From Eledone cirrhosa (lineage: Eukaryota): DNA of 64,000 bases. The notes below the pieces were generated by a model. It was not told the DNA's origin. It worked only from the letters and a program-made list of their open reading frames with translations, and searched no databases. The stretch covers positions 30,938,001-31,002,000 of the forward strand of contig OZ024748.1 of the NCBI GenBank assembly GCA_964016885.1, read 5' to 3'. The position numbers were made by a program, and so were the translations under genes. Position 1 is the first letter of the stretch; each line of letters starts with the position of its first letter. Positions 24,569 to 37,600 of the stretch are shown here, piece after piece.

Positions 24569-27500
24569 AAGTCCAAGGCTTGGTCTTAGGGTTTAACTCT
24601 AAGTTTAAGTTTAGGGGTTGGGGTTAAGTTTACGGCTAAGGCTAGGGGTTGTGGTTTAAATCTTAGTCTAAGGCTTGTGTTTATGGTTTAATGCTAAGGC
24701 TTGTAGTTGGGGATTACGCCTAAATCTAAAACTTAGGGTTGGGGTTTAAGTCTAAATCTATTGCTTGAGGGTGTTTGTTAAATCTATGTCTATGTCTTGG
24801 GGTTTAAGTCTAAGTGTGAGGCTTATGTCTTGGGTTTAAGTCTAAGTCTAAGACTTGGTTTTGGGGTTTGGGGTATGGAGTTAAGTCAAATTCTAAGGCT
24901 TGGGGTTCGGGTTTAAGTCTAAATTTAAGGCTTGGGGTTGGGTTTATGTGTAATTCTAAGGCTTGGGGTTGGGGTTTATGTCTAGGACTAAGGCTTGGCT
25001 TTGGGGTTTAAGTCTAAGTCTGAGGCTTGGGGTTCGGGTTTAATTCTAAGTCTAAGTTTTGTGCTTGGGGTTTAAATATAAGGGTTAGGATTTAAATCTA
25101 AAGATGAGTGTTGGGGTGTAAGACTAAGTCTAATGCTTGTGGTTGGGGTTTAAGTCTAGGTCTAAGGCTTGGGCTTGGGGTATAAGTCTAATTCTAAGGA
25201 TAAGGTTGGGGTTCGGGTTTAAGTCTAAGTGTTGTGGTTAGGATTTAATTCTAAGGCTTGGAGTTGGGGTTTACGTCTAAGTCTAAAGCTTGGGGTTAGG
25301 GTTTATGTCTATGTCTAAGGCTTGGGGTTGGAGTTTAAGTCTAAGTCTAAGGCTTTGGGTTGGGGTTTAAGACTATGTCTCAGGCTTGATGTTGGGGTTT
25401 AAGTCTAAGTCTTGGAGTTGAGGTTTAATTTTACGTCTAAGGCTTGGGTTTGTGTTTAAGTCTAAGTCTAAGTCTAAGGGTTGGTGTTAGGGTTTAAGTC
25501 TAAGGCTTGGATTTAGGGTTTAAGTCTAAGTCTAAGACTTTGGGGAGCGGCGTTTATGTCTAAGTTTAAGGCTTGGGGCTGTGGTTTAAGTCTAAGGCTT
25601 GGGGTTAGGTTTAAGTCTAAGTCTAAAGCTTGGGATTGGGGCTTAAATCTAAGTCTCAGGCTTGGATTTCGGGTTTCAGTCTAAGTTAAGGCTTAGGGTT
25701 GGGGTTTAAATCTATATCTAAGAATTGGGGTTGGGGTTTAAGTCTAAGTCTAAGCCTTGGAGTTGAGTTTTAAGTCTAAGTTTAAGGGTTGGGGTTAGAG
25801 TTTAAGTCTAAGGCCTGGAGTTGGGCTTTAAGTCTAAGTCTAAGGCTTGTGGTTGGGGTTTAAGTCTAAGTCTAAGGCTTGGTGTTAGGGTTTAAGTTTA
25901 AGTCTAAAACTTCGGTTTGGTGTTTAAGTCTAATTCTAAGGCTTTGCGTAGAGGTTTAAGACTATGACTAAGACATGTGGTTGGGCTTCAAGTCTAACTC
26001 TGAGGCTTGGGCTTGGGGGTGTAAGTCTAAGTCTAAGGCTTGTGGTTGGGGTTTAAATCTATGTCTATGACTTGGGATTTAAATCTAAGTCTAAGGCTTA
26101 AGGTTGGGATTTATATCGAAGTCTAAACATGGGGTTGGGGTTTATGTCTATGTCTAAGGCTTGGGATTGGGGTTTAAGTGTAAGTCTAAGGGTTGGGGTT
26201 GGGGTTTAAGTTTACGTCTAAGGCTAGGGGTTGTGGTTTAAATCTAAGTCTAAGGCTTGTGTTTATGGTTTAATGCTAAGGCTTGTAGTTGTGGTTACGC
26301 CTAAATCTAAAGCTTAGGGTTGGGGTTTAAGTCTAAATCTATGGCTTGAGGGTGGTGTTTAAATCTATGTCTATGTCTTGGGTTTAAGTCTAAGTCTGAG
26401 GCTTAAGGTTTGGGTTTAAGTCTAAGTCTAAGGCTTGGTGTTGGGTTTTGGGGTATGGATTTAAGTCAAATTCTAAGGCTTGGGTTTGGGGTTTAAGTCT
26501 AAATCTAAGATTTGGGGTTGGGGTTTGTGTGTAGGTCTAAGGCTTGGGGTTGGGGTTTAAGTTTAAGTCTGAGGCTTGGGGTTCGGGTTTAATTCTAAGT
26601 CTAAGTCTTGTGGTTGGCGTTTAAATCTAAGGGTTAGGATTTAAATCTAAGGATGAGTGTTGGGGTTTAAGGCTACATCTAATGCTTGTGGTTGGGGTTT
26701 ATGTCTAAGTCAAAGGCATGGGGTTAGGGTTTAAGTCTAAGTCTAAAGCTTGGGGTTAGGATGTGAGTATAAATCTAATGCTTGGCGTTAGGGTTTAAGT
26801 CTAGGTCTAAGGCTTGGGCTTGGGGTATAAGTCTAATTCTAAGGATAAGTTTGGGTTTCGGGTTTAAGTCTAAGTGTTGTGGTTAGGATTTAATTCTATT
26901 GGCTTGGAGTTGAGGTTTACGTCTAAGTCTAAAGCTTGGGGTTGGGGTTTATGTCTATGTCTAAGGCTTGGGATTGGTGTTTAAGTGTAAGTCTAAGGGT
27001 TGGGGTTGGGGTTTAAGTTTACGTCTAAGGCTAGGGGTTGTGGTTTAAATCTAAGTCTAAAGCTTGTGTTTATGGTTTAATGCTAAGGCTTGTAGTTGGG
27101 GTTACGCCTAAATCTAAAGCTTAGGTTTGGGGTTTAAGTCTAAATCTATGGCTTGAGGGTGGTGTTTAAATCTATGTCTATGTCTTGGGGTTTAAGTCTA
27201 AGTCTGAGGCTTAAGGTTTGGGTTTAAGTCTAAGTCTAAGGCTTGGTGTTGGGTTTTGGGGTATGGATTTAAGTCAAATTCTAAGGCTTGGGTTTGGGGT
27301 TTAAGTCTAAATCTAAGATTTGGGGTTGGGATTTATGTGTAAGTCTAAGGCTTGGGGTTGGGGTTTAAGTTTAAGTCTGAGGCCTGGTGTTGGGGTTTAA
27401 GTCTATGACTAAAGCTTTGGGTTGGGGTTTAATTCTAAGTCTAAGGCTTTGGGTTGGCGTTCAAGTCTAAGTCTAAGGCTTTGTGTTGGGGTTTAAGTCT

Positions 27501-27936
27501 ACGTCTAAGGCTTGAGTTTGGGGTTTAAATCTATGTCTATGGCTTGGGGTTTAAATATAAGTCTAAGGCTTAAGGTTGGGTTTTAAGTCTAAGTCTAAGG
27601 CTTGTGGTTGTATTTTATGTCGAAGTCTAAACTTGGGGTTGGTGTATAAGTCTAAGTCTAAGGCTTTGGGTTGCGGTTTAAGTGTAAGTCTAAGGCTTTG
27701 GGTTGGGGTTTAAGTTTACGGGTTGGGCTAATGCTTGGGGTTGGGGTTAGGTTGTAAGTCTTAGGCTTGTTATTAGGGTTTTATTCTAAGGCTTGGGGTT
27801 GTGGTTTAAGTCTAAGTCTAAGGCTTGGGCTTGGGGTTTAATTCTAAGTCTAAGCCTTTGGGTTGGCGTTTATGTCTACGTCTAAGGCTTGGGGTTGGGG
27901 TTTAAGTCTAAGTCTAAGGCTTATAATTCGGGTTTA

Positions 27937-27974
27937 AAACCCTAACCCCAAGTCTACGACTTGGGTTAGGGTTT
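27937..27974. repeat. 38-bp inverted repeat/hairpin, copy 4 (loop TAC)
   Basis: aaaccctaaccccaagtc-tac-gacttgggttagggttt. Confidence 0.93.
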
Positions 27975-30499
27975 AAGTCCAAGGCTTGGTCTTAGGGTTT
28001 AACTCTAAGTTTAAGTTTAGGGGTTGGGGTTAAGTTTACGGCTAAGGCTAGGGGTTGTGGTTTAAATCTTAGTCTAAGGCTTGTGTTTATGGTTTAATGC
28101 TAAGGCTTGTAGTTGGGGATTACGCCTAAATCTAAAACTTAGGGTTGGGGTTTAAGTCTAAATCTATTGCTTGAGGGTGTTTGTTAAATCTATGTCTATG
28201 TCTTGGGGTTTAAGTCTAAGTGTGAGGCTTATGTCTTGGGTTTAAGTCTAAGTCTAAGACTTGGTTTTGGGGTTTGGGGTATGGAGTTAAGTCAAATTCT
28301 AAGGCTTGGGGTTCGGGTTTAAGTCTAAATTTAAGGCTTGGGGTTGGGTTTATGTGTAATTCTAAGGCTTGGGGTTGGGGTTTATGTCTAGGACTAAGGC
28401 TTGGCTTTGGGGTTTAAGTCTAAGTCTGAGGCTTGGGGTTCGGGTTTAATTCTAAGTCTAAGTTTTGTGCTTGGGGTTTAAATATAAGGGTTAGGATTTA
28501 AATCTAAAGATGAGTGTTGGGGTGTAAGACTAAGTCTAATGCTTGTGGTTGGGGTTTAAGTCTAGGTCTAAGGCTTGGGCTTGGGGTATAAGTCTAATTC
28601 TAAGGATAAGGTTGGGGTTCGGGTTTAAGTCTAAGTGTTGTGGTTAGGATTTAATTCTAAGGCTTGGAGTTGGGGTTTACGTCTAAGTCTAAAGCTTGGG
28701 GTTAGGGTTTATGTCTATGTCTAAGGCTTGGGGTTGGAGTTTAAGTCTAAGTCTAAGGCTTTGGGTTGGGGTTTAAGACTATGTCTCAGGCTTGATGTTG
28801 GGGTTTAAGTCTAAGTCTTGGAGTTGAGGTTTAATTTTACGTCTAAGGCTTGGGTTTGTGTTTAAGTCTAAGTCTAAGTCTAAGGGTTGGTGTTAGGGTT
28901 TAAGTCTAAGGCTTGGATTTAGGGTTTAAGTCTAAGTCTAAGACTTTGGGGAGCGGCGTTTATGTCTAAGTTTAAGGCTTGGGGCTGTGGTTTAAGTCTA
29001 AGGCTTGGGGTTAGGTTTAAGTCTAAGTCTAAAGCTTGGGATTGGGGCTTAAATCTAAGTCTCAGGCTTGGATTTCGGGTTTCAGTCTAAGTTAAGGCTT
29101 AGGGTTGGGGTTTAAATCTATATCTAAGAATTGGGGTTGGGGTTTAAGTCTAAGTCTAAGCCTTGGAGTTGAGTTTTAAGTCTAAGTTTAAGGGTTGGGG
29201 TTAGAGTTTAAGTCTAAGGCCTGGAGTTGGGCTTTAAGTCTAAGTCTAAGGCTTGTGGTTGGGGTTTAAGTCTAAGTCTAAGGCTTGGTGTTAGGGTTTA
29301 AGTTTAAGTCTAAAACTTCGGTTTGGTGTTTAAGTCTAATTCTAAGGCTTTGCGTAGAGGTTTAAGACTATGACTAAGACATGTGGTTGGGCTTCAAGTC
29401 TAACTCTGAGGCTTGGGCTTGGGGGTGTAAGTCTAAGTCTAAGGCTTGTGGTTGGGGTTTAAATCTATGTCTATGACTTGGGATTTAAATCTAAGTCTAA
29501 GGTTTAAGGTTGGGATTTATATCGAAGTCTAAACATGGGGTTGGGGTTTATGTCTATGTCTAAGGCTTGGGATTGGGGTTTAAGTGTAAGTCTAAGGGTT
29601 GGGGTTGGGGTTTAAGTTTACGTCTAAGGCTAGGGGTTGTGGTTTAAATCTAAGTCTAAGGCTTGTGTTTATGGTTTAATGCTAAGGCTTGTAGTTGGGG
29701 TTACGCCTAAATCTAAAGCTTAGGGTTGGGGTTTAAGTCTAAATCTATGGCTTGAGGGTGGTGTTTAAATCTATGTCTATGTCTTGGGTTTAAGTCTAAG
29801 TCTGAGGCTTAAGGTTTGGGTTTAAGTCTAAGTCTAAGGCTTGGTGTTGGGTTTTGGGGTATGGATTTAAGTCAAATTCTAAGGCTTGGGTTTGGGGTTT
29901 AAGTCTAAATCTAAGATTTGGGGTTGGGGTTTATGTGTAAGTCTAAGGCTTGGGGTTGGGGTTTAAGTTTAAGTCTGAGGCTTGGGGTTCGGGTTTAATT
30001 CTAAGTCTAAGTCTTGTGGTTGGCGTTTAAATCTAAGGGTTAGGATTTAAATCTAAGGATGAGTGTTGGGGTTTAAGGCTACATCTAATGCTTGTGGTGG
30101 GGGTTTATGTCTAAGTCTAAGGCATGGGGTTAGGGTTTAAGTCTAAGTCTAAAGCTTGGGGTTAGGATGTGAGTATAAATCTAATGCTTGGCGTTAGGGT
30201 TTAAGTCTAGGTCTAAGGCTTGGGCTTGGGGTATAAGTCTAATTCTAAGGATAAGTTTGGATTTCGGGTTTAAGTCTAAGTGTTGTGGTTAGGATTTAAT
30301 TCTAAGGCTTGGAGTTGAGGTTTACGTCTAAGTCTAAAGCTTGGGGTTAGGGTTTATGCCTATGTCTAAGGCTTGGGGTTGGGGTTTAAGACTCTGTCTC
30401 AGGCTTGAGGTTGGGGTTTAATTTTACGTCTAAGGCTTGGGTTTGTGTTTAAGTCTAAGTCTAAGGGTTGGTGTTAGGGTTTAAGTCTAAGGCTTGGAT

Positions 30500-33030
30500 T
30501 TAGGGTTTAAGTCTAAGTCTAAGACATTGGGGGAGCGGCGTTTATGTCTAAGTTTAAGGCTTGGGGTTGTGGTTTACGTCTAAGGCTTGGGGTTTGGTTT
30601 AAGTCTATGTCTAAGGCTTGGGATTGGGGCTTAAATCTAAGTCTCAGGCTTGGATTTCGGGTTTCAGTCTAAGTTAAGGCTTCGTGTTCGGCTTTAAGTC
30701 TATGTCTAAAGCTTGTTGTTGGGACTTAAGACTATGTCTAAGGTTTTGGTTTTGGGTTTAAGTCTAAGTCTAAGGCTTGGTGTTGGAGTTTAAGTCTAAG
30801 GCTTGGGGTTACAGTTTAAGTCTAAGCCTTGGTGTTGGTTTTAAGTCTAAATCTAATGCTAGTGGTTGAGGTTTAAATCTAAGTCTATGTTTTGGAATTG
30901 GGGTTTCAGTGTATGTCTAAGACTTGGGGTTGGAGTTTAAGTCTAAGTCTAAGGCTTAGGGTTGGGGTTTAAATCTATATCCAAGAGTTGGGGGTCGGGG
31001 TTTAAGTCTAAGTCTAAGCCTTGGGGTTTGGTTTTAAGTCTAAGTTTAAGGGTTGGGGTTAGAGTTTATGTCTAAGGCCTGGAGTTGGGCTTTAAGTCTA
31101 AGTCTAAGGCGTGTGGTTTTGGGTTTAAGTCTAAGTCTAAGGCTTGGAGTTAGGGTTTAAGTTTAAGTCTAAAACTTTGGTTTGGTGTTTAAGTCTAATT
31201 GTAAGGCTTTGGGTAGAGGTTTAAGACTATGACTAACGCATGTGGTTGGGCTTCAAGTCTAACTCTGAAACTTGGGCTTGGGTTGTAAGTCTAAGTCTAA
31301 TGCTTGGCGTTTGGGTTTAAGTCTAAGGCTTGTGTTTATGGTTTAATTCTAAGTCTTGTAGTTGGGGATTACATCTAATTCTAAAGCTTGGGTTTGGGGT
31401 TTAAGTTTTAGTCTAAGGCTTGAGGTTGGGGTTTAAATCTATGACTATTTCTTAGTGTTTAAATCTAAGTCTAAGGCTTGTGGTTGGGTTTTATGTCGAA
31501 GTCTAAACATGGGGTTGGGGTTTATGTCTATGTCTAAGGCTTGGGATTGGGGTTTAAGTGTAAGTCTAAGGCTTGGGGTTGGGGTTTAATTCTAAGTCTA
31601 AGGCTTTGGTTTGGGGTTAGTGTCTACGTCTAGGGCCTGATGTTGGCGTTTAAATCTAAGTCTAAGTCTTGGAGTTGGGGTTTAAGTTTACGTCTAAGGT
31701 AAGGGGTTGGGGTGTAAGTCCAAATCTAAGGCTTGGGTTTGGGGTTTAAGTCTAAGTCTAAGACATTGGGGGAGCGGCGTTTATGTCTAAGTTTAAGGCT
31801 TGGGGTTGTGGTTTACGTCTAAGGCTTGGGGTTCGGTTTAAGTCTAAGTCTAAGGCTTGGGATTGGGGCTTAAATCTAAGTCTCAGGCTTGGATTTCGGG
31901 TTTCAGTCTAAGTTAAGGCTTCGTGTTCGGCTTTAAGTCTATGTCTAAAGCTTGTTGTTGGGACTTAAGACTATGTCTAAGGCTTTGGTTTTGGGTTTAA
32001 GTCTAAGTCTAAGGCTTGGTGTTGGAGTTTAAGTCTAAGGCTTGGGGTTAGAGTTTAAGTCTAAGCCTTGGTGTTGGTTTTAAGTCTAAATCTAATGCTA
32101 GTGGTTGAGGTTTAAATCTAAGTCTATGTTTTGGAATTGGGGTTTCAGTGTATGTCTAAGACTTGGGGTTGGAGTTTAAGTCTAAGTCTAAGGCTTAGGG
32201 TTGGGGTTTAAATCTATATCCAAGAGTTGGGGGTCGGGGTTTAAGTTTAAGTCTAAGCCCTGGGGTTGGGTTTTAAGTCTAAGTTTAAGGGTTGGGGTTA
32301 GAGTTTATGTCTAAGGCCTGGAGTTGGGCTTTAAGTCTAAGTCTAAGGCGTGTGGTTTGGGTTTAAGTCTAAGTCTAAGGCTTGGAGTTAGGGTTTAAGT
32401 TTAAGTCTAAAACTTTGGTTTGGTGTTTAAGTCTAATTGTAAGGCTTTGGGTAGAGGTTTAAGACTATGACTAACGCATGTGGTTGGGCTTCAAGTCTAA
32501 CTCTGAAACTTGGGCTTGGGTTGTAAGTCTAAGTCTAATGCTTGGCGTTTGGGTTTAAGTCTAAGGCTTGTGTTTATGGTTTAATTCTAAGTCTTGTAGT
32601 TGGGGATTACATCTAATTCTAAAGCTTGGGTTTGGGGTTTAAGTTTTAGTCTAAGGCTTGAGGTTGGGGTTTAAATCTATGACTATTTCTTGGTGTTTAA
32701 ATCTAAGTCTAAGGCTTGTGGTTGGGTTTTATGTCGAAGTCTAAACATGGGGTTGGGGTTTATGTCTATGTCTAAGGCTTGGGATTGGGGTTTAAGTGTA
32801 AGTCTAAGGCTTGGGGTTGGGGTTTAAGTCTATATATAAGGCTTGGGGTTGGGGTTTAATTCTAAGTCTAAGGCTTTGGTTTGGGGTTAGTGTCTACGTC
32901 TAGGGCCTGATGTTGGCGTTTAAATCTAAGTCTAAGTCTTGGAGTTGGGGTTTAAGTTTACGTCTAAGGTAAGGGGTTGGGGTGTAAGTCCAAATCTAAG
33001 GCTTGGGTTTGGGGTTTAAGTCTAAGTCTA
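30500..33030 (-). repeat. Tandem duplication, unit about 1239-1270 bp, 2 copies
   Basis: acattgggggagcggcg at 30524 and 31763; shared rare variants gactaacgcatgtgg, ctctgaaacttggg and tagggcctgatg. The second copy has one extra monomer near 32820-32850. Confidence 0.9.
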
Positions 33031-33828
33031 AGGCTTTGGGTTGAGGTTTAAGTCTATGCTTAAGGCTTGGCGTTGGGGTTTAAGTCCAAGTATTGGGGTT
33101 GGGATTTATGTCTATGTCTAAGGTTGGGGTTTAAATCTAAGTCTAATGCTAGTGGTTGGGTTTTAAGTCTAAGTCTAAGGCTTGGGGTTGGGGTTTAAGT
33201 CTATGTCTAAGGCTTGATGGTTGGTATTTACGTCTAAGTCTAAGGCTTGGGGTTGGGTTTGGGGTCTAAGTCTTTGGGTTGGAGTTTAATTCTAAGTCTC
33301 AGTATTGGGATTGGGGATTAAAATCTAAGTCTAATGCTTGTGGTTGGGGTATAAGTCTAAGAGTTGGGTTTAAGTCTAAGCCTGAGGCTTGGGCTTGGGG
33401 TTTAAGTCTAAGTCTAAGGCTAGGAGTTGGGGTTCAAGTCTAAGTCTAAGACTTGAGTTTGGCGTTTAAGTCTTAGTATTGGAGTTGCGGTTTAATTTTA
33501 CGTCTAAGGCTTGTGTTTGTGTTTAAGTCTAAGTCTAAGGGTTGGCGTTAGGGTTTAAGTCTAAGACTTGGATTTGGGGTTTAAGTCTAAGTCTAAGGCT
33601 TTGGGGGAGCGGCGTTTATGTCTAAGTTTAAGGCTTGGGGTTGGCGTTTAAGTCTAAGGCTTGGGGTTACGGTTTAAGTCTAAGCCTTGGTGTTGGTTTT
33701 AAGTCTAAATCTAATGCTAGTGGTTGAGGTTTAAATCGACGTATATGTTTTGGGATTGGGGTTTCAGTGTATGCCTAAGGCTTGGGGTTGTGGTTTAAGT
33801 CTAAGTCAAAGGCTTAGGGTTGGGGTTT

Positions 33829-34600
33829 AAATCTATGTCTATGGCTTGAGGTTTAAGTGTAAGTCTAAGGCTTAATGTTTGGGTTTAAGTCTAAGTCTAA
33901 GGCTTGGTGTTGGGGTTTAGTTCTATGTCTAATTCTTGTGGTTGGGGTTTATGTCGATGTCTAAAGCTTGGTCTTGGGGTTTAAGTCTATGTCTAAGGGT
34001 TGGGGTGTAAGGGTAACTCTAATGCTTGCGGGTTGGTTAAGGCTTGGGGTTGTGGCTTAAGTCTATGTATAAGGCTTGGCGTTGGGGTTTAATTCTAAAT
34101 CTATGTCTATGGCTTGAGGTTTAAGTGTAAGTCTAAGGCTTAATGTTTGGGTTTAAGTCTAAGTCTAAGGCTTGGTGTTGGGGTTTAGTTCTATGTCTAA
34201 TGCTTGTGGTTGGGGTTTATGTCGATGTCTAAAACTTGGGCTTGGGGTTTAAGTCTATGTCTAAGGCTTGGGGTTGCGGTTTAAGTTTACGGGTTGGTTA
34301 AGGCTTGGGGTTGTGGTTTAAGTCTATGTATAAGGCTTGGCGTTGGGGTTTAATTCTAAATCTATGTCTATGGCTTGAGGTTTAAGTGTAAGTCTAAGGC
34401 TTAATGTTTGGGTTAAAGTCTAAGTCTAAGGCTTGGTGTTGGGGTTTAGTTCTATGTCTAATGCTTGTGGTTGGGGTTTATGTCGATGTCTAAAACTTGG
34501 GCTTGGGGTTTAAGTCTATGTCTAAGGCTTGGGGTTGTGGTTTAAGTTTACGGGTTGGGCTAAGGCTTGGGGTTGTGGTTTAAATCTATGTATAAGGCTT
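33829..34600 (-). repeat. Tandem triplication of a unit of about 261-268 bp
   Basis: aaatctatgtctatggcttgaggtttaagtgtaagtctaaggcttaatgtttggg at 33829, 34097 and 34358. Confidence 0.88.
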
Positions 34601-37600
34601 GGGGTTCGGGTTTAATTCTAAGTCTAAGACTTTGGTTTGGGGTTAGTGTCTAAGGTTTAAGTTTAAGTTTGGGGTTAGTGTTGGGGTTTAAGTTTACGTC
34701 TAAGGTTAGGGGTTGGGGTGTAAGTCTAAGTCTAAGGCTTGTGATTGGGGTTTAAGTGTATGTCTAAGGCTTTGGTTTTGGGTTTAAATCTAAGTTTAAG
34801 GCTTGGGGTTGGGGTTTAAGTCTAAGGCTTGGGGTTGGCTATAAGTCTAAGTCTAATGCTAGTGGTTGAGGTTTAAATCTAAGTCTATGTTTTGGGGTTG
34901 GGGTTTCAGTGTATGTCTAAGGCTTGGGGTTGTGGTTTAAGTCTAAGTCTAAGGCTTAGGGTTAGTGTTTAAATCTATATCTAAGGGTTGGGGTTGGAGT
35001 TTAAGTCTAAGTCTAAGGCTTGGGGTTGGGGTTTATGTCTAAGGCTTGTGGTTATAGTTTAATTCTAAAGCTTGGAGTTGGGGTTTAAATCTAAGTCTAA
35101 TGCTAGTGGTTGGGGTTTAAGTCTAATTCTAATACTTGGGGTTGGGGTTCAAGTCTAAGTCTAAGGCTTGGGTTTGGGGTTTAAATCTATGTCTATGGCT
35201 TGAGGTTTAAGTCTAAGTCTAAGGCTTAATGTTGGGGTTTAGTTCTAAGTCTAATGCTTGTGGTTGGCGTTTATGTCGATGTCTAAAACTTGGGCTTGGG
35301 GTTTAAGTCTATGTCTAAGGCTTGGGGCTGTGGTTTAAATTTACGGGTTGGCTAAGGCTTGGGGTTGTGGTTTAATTCTATGAATAAGGCTTGGAGTTGG
35401 GGTTTAATTCTAAGTCTAAGGCTTTGGTTTGGGGTTAGTGTCTACGTCTAAGGCTTAAGGTTGGGGTTTAAGTCTAAGTCTAAGTATTGGATTTGGGGTT
35501 TAATTTTACGTCTAAGGCTAGGGGTTGGGGTGTAAGGGTAACTCTAATGCTTGCGGTTGGGGTTTAAATCTAAGTCTAAGCCTTGGGGTTGGGTTTTAAG
35601 TCTAAGTTTAAGGGTTGGGTTAGAGTTTAAGTTTAAGGCCTGGAGTTGGGCTTTACGTCTAAGTCTAAGGCTTGTGGTTGGGGTTTAAGTCTAAGTCTAA
35701 GGCTTGGGGTTAGGGTTTAAGTTTAAGTCTAAAACTTCGGTTTGGTGTTTAAGTCTAATTCTAAGGCTTTGGGTAGAGGTTTAAGACTACGACTAAGGCA
35801 TGTGGTTGGTGTTTAAGTCTAAGTCTAAGGCTTGTGGTTGGGTTTTATGTCGAAGTCTAAACTTGGGGTTGTGGTTTAAGTCTAAGTCTAAGGCTGGGGG
35901 TTGGGGTTTAATTCTAAGTCTAAGCCTTTGGGTTGGCATTTATGTCTACGTCTAAGACTTGGGGTTGGGGTTTAAGTCTAAATCTAAGGCTTGGGTTGGG
36001 GTTTAAGTGTAAGTCAAAGGCTAGGAATTGGGGTTCAAGTCTAAGTCTAAGGCTTGTTGTTAGGGTTTAAGTCTATGTCTAAGTTTAGGGGTTGGCGTTT
36101 AAGTTTACGTCTAAGGCTAGGGGTTGTGGTTTAAATCTAAGTCTAAGGCTTGTGATTATGGTTTAATGCTAAGACTTGTAGTTGGGTATTACGCCTAAAT
36201 CTAAAGCTTAGGTTTGGGGTTTAAATCTAAATCTATGGCTTCAGGTTAGGGTTTGGGGAACGGGTTTAAGTCTAATTCTAGGGCTTGGGTTTGGGGTTTA
36301 ATTCTAAGTCTAAGACTTTGTGTTGGCGTTTATGTCTAAGGCTTGTAGTTATGGTTTAATTCTAAGGCTTGGTGTTGGGGTTTAAGTCTAAGTCTAATGC
36401 TAGTGGTTGGGGTTTAATTCTAATTCTAAGGCTTGGGGATGGGGTTAAAGTCTATGTCTAAGGCTTGGGGTTGGAGTTTAAGTCTAAATCTAAGACTTGG
36501 GGTTGGGCTTTAAGTTTACGAGTTGGGCTAAGGCTTGGGGTTGGAGTTAGGTTTTACGACTAAGACATGTTGTTAGGGTTTAATTGTAAAGCTTGGAGTT
36601 GGGGTTTAAGTCTATGCATAAGGCTTTGGGTTGGGGTTTAATTCTAAGTCTAAGGCTTTGCTTTGGGGTTAGTGCCTACGTCTAAAGCTTGGGGTTGGGG
36701 TTTAAGTCTAAGCCTAAGTCTTGGAGTTGGTGTTTAAGTTTAAGTTTAAGGGTTGGGGTTATGTTTTAAGTCTAAGGCCTGGAGTTGGACTTTAAGTCTA
36801 AGTCTAAAGCTTGGGGTTGGGGTGTAATTCTAAGTCTAAGGCTTGGGCTTGGCGTTTAAGTCTAAGTCTAAGCCTTGGAGTTGGGGTTTAAGTCTAAATT
36901 TATGGGTTGGTGTTAGGGTTTAAGTCTAAGGCCTGGAGTTGGGGTTTAAGTCTAAGTCCAAGGCTTTGGGTTAAGATTTAAGTCTATGTCTAAGGCTTGT
37001 GGTTGGGCTTAAGTCTAAGTCTAAGACTTTGGGTTGGGGTTTAAGTCTAGGGCTTGGGGGTTGGGGTTTAAGCCTAAGTCTAAAGCTTGGGGTTGGGGTT
37101 TAAGTCTAAGGCTTGGGGTTAGGTTTTATGTCTAAGACTTGGTTTTGGGGTTTAAGTCTAAGTCTAAGGCTTGGGTTTAATCTAAGTAAAAGGCTTGGGG
37201 TTGGGGTTGAAGTTTAAGTCTAAGGCTAGGTGTTGGTGTTTAAGTCTAAGTCTAAGGCTTGGGGTTGGGGTTTATGTCTAAGCCTTGTGGTTATGGTCTA
37301 ATTCTAAGGCTTGGAGTTGGGGTTTAAGCCTGAGTCTAAAGCTTGAGGTTAGGGTTTATGTCTAAGGCTTGTTGTTGGGGTTTAAATCTAAGTCTAATAT
37401 TTGTGGGTTTATGTCGATGTGTAAAGCTTGGGGTTGGAGTTTAAGTCTAAATCTACGTCTTGGGGTTGGGGTTTAAATTTAGGGTTTGGGCTAAGGCTTG
37501 GTGTTGGGGTTCGGTTTTAAGACTAAATCTTTTTGTTAAGGTTTAATTCTAAGCCTTGGTGTTGTGGTTTAAGTCTATGCATAAGGCTTGGGGTTGGGCT

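Larger units (their letters stand above)
22283..30375 (-). repeat. Tandem higher-order repeat, period 3406 bp, about 2.4 copies
   Basis: ggatgtgagtataaatc at 23353, 26759 and 30165 (spacing 3406 twice); hairpins at 24531 and 27937 (spacing 3406). Confidence 0.93.
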
